A stretch of 64,000 nt of DNA, taken from contig NC_088855.1 in assembly GCF_963853765.1 (NCBI RefSeq), positions 34,348,001 through 34,412,000 of the forward strand. The letters run 5' to 3'. This DNA comes from Magallana gigas (taxonomy: Eukaryota). Both the position numbers and the translations under genes were made by a program. A model generated the notes under the pieces. The model was not told where the DNA came from and did not search any database. It saw only the letters and a list, made by a program, of their open reading frames with translations. Shown piece after piece: positions 1 to 9,329 of this stretch. Every line of letters begins with the position of its first letter. Position 1 is the first letter of the stretch.

Positions 1-169
1 TTGTTTGCGAAAAATATAAAATAGCTGAAAAGTGAAAACATTGATTTTTTATTATGAATCTTTTAGTATAAAAAGTTAAATGGTTGAAAATGTATCTACT
101 AGATAATATCTCGAGCAAGCGCGGGAAATAGCACTTTAAACGTTAGTATGATGCACAATGTTTAATCAT

Positions 170-301
170 NNNNNNNNNNNNNNNNNNNNNNNNNNNNNNN
201 NNNNNNNNNNNNNNNNNNNNNNNNNNNNNNNNNNNNNNNNNNNNNNNNNNNNNNNNNNNNNNNNNNNNNNNNNNNNNNNNNNNNNNNNNNNNNNNNNNNN
301 N
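170..301. other. Assembly gap (N run); further gaps at 16787-16972 and 53456-53590
   Basis: Runs of N in the sequence. Confidence 0.99.
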
Positions 302-459
302 CGACAGTCCAAATTAAATAAATTGTTTAGTGTTAGCGCTTTCAGCCATGTCGGCTCTTCAGACAGTTATACTATCCATATATATATAGTATAACTGTCT
401 GAAGAGCCGACATGGCTGAAAGCGCTAACACTAAACAATTTATTTAATTTGGACTGTCG
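302..459. repeat. Perfect inverted repeat, 74-bp arms (302-375 / 386-459) with a 10-nt loop
   Basis: CGACAGTCC...AGACAGTTATACTAT is the exact reverse complement of ATAGTATAACTGTCT...GGACTGTCG. It abuts the N gap. Confidence 0.95.
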
Positions 460-519
460 CATTCTGTTTTATTTATTTAAGTATTTTTTGCTGTACCAAG
501 GCTTTATTTATCGACATAG

Positions 520-521
<2 letters not shown>

Positions 522-600
<79 letters not shown>
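522..600. repeat. (TA)n microsatellite
   Basis: Pure TA dinucleotide run. Confidence 0.98.
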
Positions 601-602
<2 letters not shown>

Positions 603-1510
603 TTCTTTATTAATTGCTTTCTCATTCTATTTCTTTAAATTGAAATTAAAAACTAACAAAAACTAACTACATGGCTGGATTTTTAGAAGAGAGGACAGGG
701 ATAAAAAAAAATCCAAGCCGAAATTGATGATATATACATGTACATGTACGTGGCCTTATTTTTTTTTTGTTGGAGCTGACTGGGAAAAAAACAAAACTTT
801 TTTTTATTTCAAAACCAGTGATTGGGTAAATAGTGCGTCACATCTCTAAATTTTGTTTTCATGTCTAATTTCCCTATAATTCACATCCCCGCTCAACTTC
901 ACCGTTTATAATGAATACATCATTTATTCATTTAACCGTAGAACACAATCTGTTTACTGTTTACAAATTAATGTCTAAGGTTTACTACACCAATTTATCG
1001 TGGTGTAAACATTTATGAAAATAGAAAACGCCAGTGTATTCATATTTATTTGCATGGTTTAAACCAAAGTTGTCAGATCCAAAGTATCTGCCCGATGGTT
1101 AACTCGCCCAACCCTTTCCGCCATGATGTTAATTTCACGTAGTCAATCCGCGTTCCTGGGCACCCCTTTCTGGAATGTTCTTTCCATCAAAACTTAAATC
1201 GCATTATATTGTTCTACTTAATTTATTTACTTTTTTACTTTAGCCAGAGACGATTCATGGTCTCTGCCCGCGATGCATGATAAACTCGTCCTTCACTTTT
1301 CTTTTATCAGTCAACCGGCGCTCTTGGTTACCCCGTTCTGGAGAGTTCTATCCCAAAGGACGTGCAAGCAAATGTAACAGTTCCATCCATAAAGACTCAA
1401 CGCGTGCATTTCTATGTGCACTCTTTATGAAGGTAGCGATCATTGCAGAAAATTTACCTAACCCGCTTACGCGGATTATGTATTTTTTCTGCAATGTCGC
1501 CACCTTTATA

Positions 1511-1516
<6 letters not shown>

Positions 1517-1590
<74 letters not shown>
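1517..1590. repeat. (TA)n microsatellite
   Basis: Pure AT run; it produces the spurious IYIYIY ORF at 1277-1603. Confidence 0.98.
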
Positions 1591-1594
<4 letters not shown>

Positions 1595-2417
1595 ATACAC
1601 TAGTAGCTATTTTTAATTTTTCAGGTCAATAACATTTGTAATGTAAGATCCCTTGGCCAAAACTTGGCTGTAGAAGAATTGACTCCAAAAGATAGTACTT
1701 TGTGATAAAAATAGAAGTTCATTCTAATACCCTATGTCATAATACTTGTATTTATCTTCATCCTCTAGCATTAGTAAAAGAAAGTCATGCAAAAAGGAGC
1801 ACAACAAATCATAAAAGTCCACCAAATGCCTTTGTACGTGTTACTGTTATTGTATGTACTATGTGTCTCTTCAACTCCAATGAGGCAACGCTTCCTGACA
1901 TAGACATATACTCCCTGTAAATGAATACGTTTGATTTCAATAAAAACTATTCTATAGTGTTTTGATGATAAACAGATACCCGCGTGTCAAAAAAAAAAAT
2001 ATTGTCCCTCTATGAGTTCTATCCTTAGATATAACTACTTCACAAAACAGCACCAACTGTAGAGATACAGTCGTAGTTTATTGACAAAAATTAAAAAAAA
2101 AAGAGAGGCATTGAACCAATTTCACCCCTAACCTTAAGATACATCAAGTTGTAAGTTGTCTTGCCCTTTTACAAACATTAAACCACAAAAAAGAAAAGAA
2201 AAGAAAGAAAATAGAATGTTAATGCGGACTCTAGTCTATTTTCATTCCATGATGGATCCTGTAGTAAAATGTCAGTCGTTTGCGCTAAAGTGAGATTCAT
2301 TTCAAATGCTTTCATTTTTAAATTCAGCACTTGATAAACAACAAAACTAATAAATTACTAAACAGATTATTGGGTTTCGTACGAAAGACGAATAGGGCCA
2401 CATAAACGAATATTTTT

Positions 2418-2670
2418 ATCTCGTAATTACGAGAAAAGATCTCGCTATTACGAGTTAATCATCTCGTAATTACGAGAAAAGATCTCGTTATTACGAGTTA
2501 TATATCTCGTTATTACGAGAAAATCTCGTTATTATGAGATAATTTTCTCGTTATTACGAGAAAAGATTTCGTAATTACGAGAAAAGATCTCGTAATTACG
2601 AGAAAAGATCTCATTATTACGAGAAAAGATCTCGTTATTACGAGTTAATTATCTCTTTATTACGATAAAC
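2418..2670. repeat. Degenerate minisatellite, ~21-22-bp unit ATCTCGTAATTACGAGAAAAG with an internal palindrome
   Basis: About ten imperfect copies, each built on the 14-bp palindrome CTCGTAATTACGAG. Confidence 0.9.
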
Positions 2671-3947
2671 ATTTTTTTTTACCTTAATGATATTCGAAAA
2701 AAGACAAGAAAATCGTTTTCATTGTTCCAAGGCAGACAGTTTAACTTTTAAAATTACTTGGTGGATGTAAACAGAGCAATCTTTAATTTGACTGTATAGG
2801 GTCCAGTACTACTTATACCCCGTTTGTCAAGCCAAATCGAGCATAATTAAAAAAACCCATTAATTTCATATTAGAATGCAGTGAAACAAAAATCTTGTGA
2901 AATTATCATTCTTGAATGCACACTAATTAAATAAGGAATATATCCTAGAGGAGAGGACTGCACGTAATGATATACAAACTACACCAATCCAATTTTCTCA
3001 TAGTTTTATCCATTGCTGTAGAAACAATTAATTCGATCACACTACACAAAGAGGAATGTGAGTTATGAATTTAATATAACAGCTTTAAACGACTATCCAC
3101 CATTTGTGAAAAAACCCCAATCAGACATATTAAATTCCAACAAAAATCAATTCGAAAGAAGATGTGTGCATAAGGCGTGTAAACTGCCTATATGGAGATA
3201 GATTAGATACTATAAAATTTAAATATCAAATAATCTCATAATTTCTTTCTAAATAATTGAAAACAATGTATATTTACCACAACATCGATTTATAAACCTT
3301 AAATATGTTAAATATTTGAAATAGGTTGATTTAATCTGGGTATGCATGTCAAAATCTCCAAATAGTGTCATTATTAGAACTTTTCTTTTATAGAATGGGT
3401 CTGAGCTCCATAGTTTGTCATAGTCTATATTAGGTTTAAAGGAAATCAAACCGATTTTAATCAACGAAAACGTGGAAAGATGACCCATTTCACTTTAAAA
3501 ATGTCATTATGTATCGCAACAATTGAACATTTGAGAAAAATAAAACAAGACCGTAAATTGGTTGTTGAATTCGCATCTAGCATTTAAAATGGAATTTGTT
3601 GAAACTGAAATGGCTCAGTGGTTAGAGAATCAGACATTGGGTAACATTATGGAGCTATTTTGAAATATTTTTTTTCCTTACCGTTTGTTAAAATATTCAA
3701 AACTGAATATAGTTAGAAATTGTGCTTTTGTAAACTTGTATTATAACATTATCAAGAATATCTACTAGTAGTTGGAAAAAATAAAATTTGAAATTGTATT
3801 TCATGACTAAGCAAAATGGGCATTTGCGCTATCTTGTTCCCCCTATCTTCTTTGAAATATTTCTTTTAATTGCGAAGAGAACAGTGAATTTTATGAATGA
3901 TTAATTCGTCAATTTTTGGAAAAATAATTTCCCATACAAACCAATTA

Positions 3948-4165
3948 CTGTGGAATCATTAGATTTCGTGGTGGCTCAATTTTCGTGGAATTCGTGGATA
4001 CCTCTCATCCACGAATTAACATCCTCTACGAATTAATAAATTAGGGCAATAAAGTCATATTCTCTCTGTAGGTTTAAAAGAATACACGAAATTACGTCCC
4101 CACGATCCTGTAAAATTTAAGCAATCCACGAAAATTGGCCCCCACAAAATTTAATGATTCCACAG
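3948..4165. mobile_element. ~218-bp MITE with TA target duplication
   Basis: TA|CTGTGGAATCATTAGATTT ... AAATTTAATGATTCCACAG|TA; imperfect TIRs of ~28 bp; non-coding. Confidence 0.85.
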
Positions 4166-7100
4166 TATCTTAGAAAGTTATAGACTTTCGCCTATTTACA
4201 CCAGCAGAATCAGTCTTTTTTCAAACTTACAAACACTCAAATAAAATGAAAATAATTTAAAAAAAAAAGAAGGAAAAAAGCATGGGGATGTAAGAAAAGA
4301 GAACCGTTTGGTTTCGTCCCCCGAATGTTGGGTTTATTCAACCTGCATGTTATGTTTGATTGTAATTAAAACAAACTTCAGAAAAAGTAGTGAACAAAAT
4401 GTATACAGGTTCATTTTTGATTTGCCAAACATTATGACCTTTATTAATAGCGATTTCAAAGTCGTAATGCAATCATACCCGCATCGATGTCAGGGGCGAA
4501 TTTTTTAATATAAGGCTAAATAACGCGATAACATTTTATCAAATTTTATCAAATTTTGTAAATCATTTTTTCATTGATCTAACTGATCGAGAAAACTACT
4601 GCAATGTATATCATAACACACATACTTAGCATATAAATCATCATTTAAAAGCCTACAAAAGTGTACACATAATTTGGTTAAAAAAACAAAAAAAGGACCA
4701 AGCAAATACTTAATTTAAAAGGTCGACCCACTCTACGTTGACTTCATAAATTTTGTGCTGTAAACATTCTTGTTTTGGAAATGGTGGGATTGATTGAGAT
4801 AAACGAGGCATACCTTTTTATAAGCGAGTGAAAGCATAATTTAACACCAAATCAACGCATAATCTGTCTTCTGCTGTGAGAGTTGTGACGTCACTTTATT
4901 GTATTGTTTATTGGTCAACATTTTGAATTTTGGGTAAGAGAGTTTAGGTATGGGAATATAAGTCTGTGCATAAACTATAATATGTATAGCGTCACATTAG
5001 AAATCAAAACATTATAAATATTATATAATTATGACTGTTTTTGAGGTCAATACGAAGCTTAATCATCGTACTGATCGAAAAAACAGCAATTATTATATTA
5101 TGATCATTGACGAATTTATACATACGTATCTCATTGAGTGTTACATGTTTTAGTTTGAAGCCATAGCCGAACAAACTGAGAAACGCGATATTTCATTGGA
5201 CGATCTATTTTTGTCCAATATAGAGAAAATCAAATGTTATACTGACCTTTTAGGTCACGTGCAGGTGAATAAAACATTCTAATGTTTTTATTTTTGGGGG
5301 TTTCTTTTGATATGAACCAATCAGAGATATACATTTTCAGTCTGATAGCCACAATTTTCACAGATTGAATTGTCACGAATAATGTCTCCATTTAAACTTC
5401 TAGCATTGTTTCTCAATTGACAATGTATAATATTTTCTCTGCGATTCCCAAAATTAAAAGGTTTTTTTTAATTGAATTGAGAGTATTGAAATATTGTTTG
5501 TTGATAAAATTTGAAAAAGAAGACAATGCTGGGAAACTTCTGATGTCGATAATTCATTCCACAGCTTACTATACTCTGTCCCGATTTTTTGATTCCACCA
5601 CTTTTTGCTTGATATTTCGATAATCATAAATACCTTTGTGCTCAAACTACGTTCATCCACTGACATGAAAAATGTCCAGATTATCTGTTTTGAAAAGCCC
5701 CCTCTACCACTTCAGCTTTCAATACACATCCCAAAATAAAAAGTCTACGGGAATTTTGCATTGCATCAGCCATTAATAAGCCCGGATGATAACGTTGAAA
5801 AATTGCGCGAGACATCCCGAGTACTTACGAATGGAGAAAAGATGCAAACAATTTCCATTATAAATCACCGTTAGAAATTTGTTTTCGTTCCTGTTAATTT
5901 TTATGAGTGAAAAAGATAATTGTTCAATGAAGATATCTTGGATATATTCCCTTTCATCGATTTCAACTGCATTTCTTTCACAGGTACGTGTATTTTTATT
6001 AAAAATCATCAAAAAGTGATGGAAGCAATTACTTGGGACAGACTATAGTAACTGTAGAAGGTATAAAACTTCTTAAATAAGATGTAGTTCTGAATGACAA
6101 AAGTAAGACCATCATGATTTCTCCAGGAATAAGTGATATCAGGTAGAATACAAGATTCTAAAAGATTTTGTACGTAAAAAATGCAATTGACATTGATGAA
6201 AGGGAAAATATCCAACATAATTTCATTCGTGTGAACACTTTGTCATTTTTTTAATCGGAAAAAGTCACAGAAACGAAAACTGATTTCTTACGGAGATTTA
6301 TAATAGGGAATGCAGACATCGGTCTTTGGTAAAACAGTACCTTGTTGCACACTTGATGTGGGGCATAAAGAATCGTTCATATACCAAGATCTTTCTCTTT
6401 CTGAGTTTATTAACTGTTCTTGGATTCACTATTGACAAAGAATACTAAAACCAACTGTGAAATATTGCTTTAACAAAGGGATAACTTGGGAAACGGATGA
6501 GTGAGATCCCTTTGAGATAGAAGATTATGGACTGTTTTATTTATTACCTTTTGGCACCAATGGTGAAAAATATTCTAGAGAGCATGTTTGATGTAGTATT
6601 TTTTAATTTGATTTTAGTGGAGCACTTGAAAAACCATACAAGTCAAATGCATGTTATCATCCGAAGTCAAAAAATTAACTTTAAATAAAAAATGGGTCGA
6701 TGCGCAAATTTGTTTTGAAAATAGACTGGAAATTCCAAGAACGATATCTAAATTCAAGAATAATTCAAAAATAATTTATTATTCTTTTATCCAACCTAAC
6801 GAATCGCCCTATATAAATAAAGAGCATTGTTCCATGGACTGATCGACGACAGGGGACCGGTTCATACATAAAAGTCCTCGACTAAACTATATAGTCCTAT
6901 AGGAGTTTATTATAGTGTCAGAAGGGGAGGATTTGTCGCGGAGGTAAGTGACGGAAATTGCCGACAATGTATATTTTAAATTATCTATATTATATGAAAT
7001 ACACATGTAAAGTATAAATATATGCTAGAGTAAAACACAGGCAAAACAAATTTACAAAGATGTATTTATACTTCATATCGCTGAACTGTGATTTAATGTA

Positions 7101-8452
7101 AATGTTGCGTATAAAATCCTGTTAGAAAAAACGAACAATTTCCAGTTCTTGTTTCGTATTAAAGTGTCAGATTAATTATTTAACTACTTCTATACACATA
7201 TTTTATCAAAAGAATGATATACCGAAATTAAATTGTATTCATCAAATTACTTTTTTAAATGCGGACAACTTTTTCACTTCTTTTCAGATATCTAAAAGTC
7301 TCGTTTCTATTCTATCGAAATGCAAAAATATTATTATTTATTTTTTTAATTATAATTTTTTATTAAACAAATAAGAAAATAACCAGTTTGATTCACGATA
7401 TTTAACTGCGTAAAAACAAAAGATGGGAATAGGAAACATCCTCCAATATGGCATATGTTGATAAATTGTTCGATCTTTTGGACATAAAGATATCAAAATA
7501 TAATACAGACGTACTATCCTAAAAAGTAGAAAGTCTTTTTCAGAGTACACGAAAAACAATTATTTTAATTTATTCGATGAAAAACTAAACAATAACAAAG
7601 TATGAAAAGGATAAAAAGAGTCATTTTTTGTAATTGGGTTATGGATTTAAAAGAAAATAAGGTGAGGATCCAAAACTAAGTGAGTAATTAATATCATGCA
7701 TTGGACCTTCAAGAATTAAATAATAAATATGAATTTTGCATTATTATGCTATATTTTATACCATGAAAGTCATTTGGTGTCTAGAAAGTTTAAGCAAACG
7801 ATGCATTTTTAAAATAGTAAGGTTGAAAGCTTGGGTCACAGGAAAGCAAGGTACGAAAAGTCCTGTGCGGACTGACGACAGAATAAATGTCTCCTCCGTC
7901 CATATGCACTTGACCTAAATTTTCCCAGCTATGCAAAATCGATTATTCTTGAAAAGGGAGGCCGGGTCTTCAGAGTCCTGTTTATGATTTATTCTGAAAG
8001 CGGCAATTTAGACAGTTAACTCTTTTTTTAAATTGAACCAAATTTGTGTTCATTTCGGATATCATTTAATATTTGTACGTTTGATAAGATATTGGCGCTT
8101 CTGATTGGTCGAAAAAAAATTGTTGATACCTGCATCAATAAAATTTTTGTGGCATCTACTTTTCTCATCTGCTCTGATTTAACACTATTTATAGAACGGG
8201 AATTTCAACGATAAACACTGTCAATAAAATGCATGTATGTAAAGTTGTGTCTGTTTAATTGTCAGACACAATTGTCAAACAAATTACAACTTTATAAATA
8301 TAAAAAATTTAAAAGTTTTATTTTAGAAAATAAACAATACACATTATTTAATTCACTAAATAGAAAATTAAGTGTCATCTCGTGATTTCGTCTGCTTGAG
8401 ATCAACAATCACCATTTACGGCGAGGCTGGCTGTTCCAATTCCAAGAATGAT

Positions 8453-8507
8453 TATAAATAACATATAGGCATATACACTTACACGGTATTACTGCTGTTC
8501 AAATTTG
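8453..8507 (+). promoter_or_regulatory. Candidate TATA box and short non-coding first exon of tyrosinase-like gene 1
   Basis: TATAAATA at 8453-8460 and a GTAACG donor at 8508. A CAG acceptor ends at 9311, 18 nt before the ATG. The layout parallels paralogs 2 and 3; no transcript data. Confidence 0.4.
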
Positions 8508-8717
8508 GTAACGATGAGTTTTAAAATTAACACACGTACATGATCGGTCATCAGACTAGGATGACTTAAGTTGAATTAAGAAAATAAATTTTATGAGGTT
8601 TTAATATTGAATGTGTATTAACTTTTGTTATGGCTATAAATTAATTTCCTATTACCAAGACTACTAAAAATTTAAGATAAATCGGGATAAATCTAGTTCA
8701 GAATTTAAACGCAATGT

Positions 8718-8879
8718 TATAAGGAATAAGGAATCATTCTTTGAGTATCATGAGGTGATAATTTTGGTCGGGGCGTGATCAAATCCAATAAAGCCCGAAG
8801 GGCTTTATGATAGATTTGATCACGCCCCGACCGAAATTATCACCTCATAATATTCAAAAATGATTCCTTATTACTTATA
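8718..8879. mobile_element. Palindromic foldback/MITE-like element; a half copy lies at ~38725-38810
   Basis: TATAAGGAATAAGGAATCATT...GGGGCGTGATCAAATC...AAAGCCC-GAA-GGGCTTT...GATTTGATCACGCCCC...AATGATTCCTTATTACTTATA, a near-perfect ~160-bp hairpin. Confidence 0.85.
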
Positions 8880-9329
8880 TTTATATAATTTTAAACCATC
8901 TTGCGATTAAATATTTAAATATAAATAAGCCAACCCCGCTGGCGCCTCAATTTGGCTTTATGAGTTATATAGTACAAAATCGATACGTAGTATTATCACA
9001 GGCAAAGACACAGGAAAATGAAAATATATGTCCTTTGATTCCGTTCCAATGCATGTCGCTGTATTGTACAAATGTACCGGCAAAATATTTGGATAGGTAT
9101 TACATATATATTATTGTAATATGATTTATTTTTGGCGTCGTTTCAACATGTTGGCAGAGAATTGAAAAACGCGCGTTAGCGCGTTATGAGAGGCAAAATA
9201 TTTTTATCAAATTAAATTGTGTGTAACATACAGGAATTTGATAAAGCAATTCTGGAATATCTTCTAAATTTTGAGTCCATAATTGTAAATATCCCTCCAT
9301 GTATTCGACAGAAATCAAGAAAAGCAACT

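Noticed and set aside
1277-1603. ORFs with IYIY, LSLS or RERE runs (also 16600-17041, 37183-37377, 61959-62361)
   Set aside because: They are translations of (TA)n or (CT/GA)n microsatellites or of N gaps, with no protein-like composition.
2418-2670. CRISPR-like appearance of palindromic repeats (also the 33-bp array at 25594-25724)
   Set aside because: Units are head-to-tail without unique spacers, there are no cas genes, and the context is eukaryotic.
9219-9329. Longer N-termini suggested by the ORF track for paralog 1 (from 9219) and paralog 2 (from 27208)
   Set aside because: The upstream codons lie in AT-rich intron sequence before an AG acceptor. Signal peptides begin at ATG 9330 and 27421, matching paralog 3.
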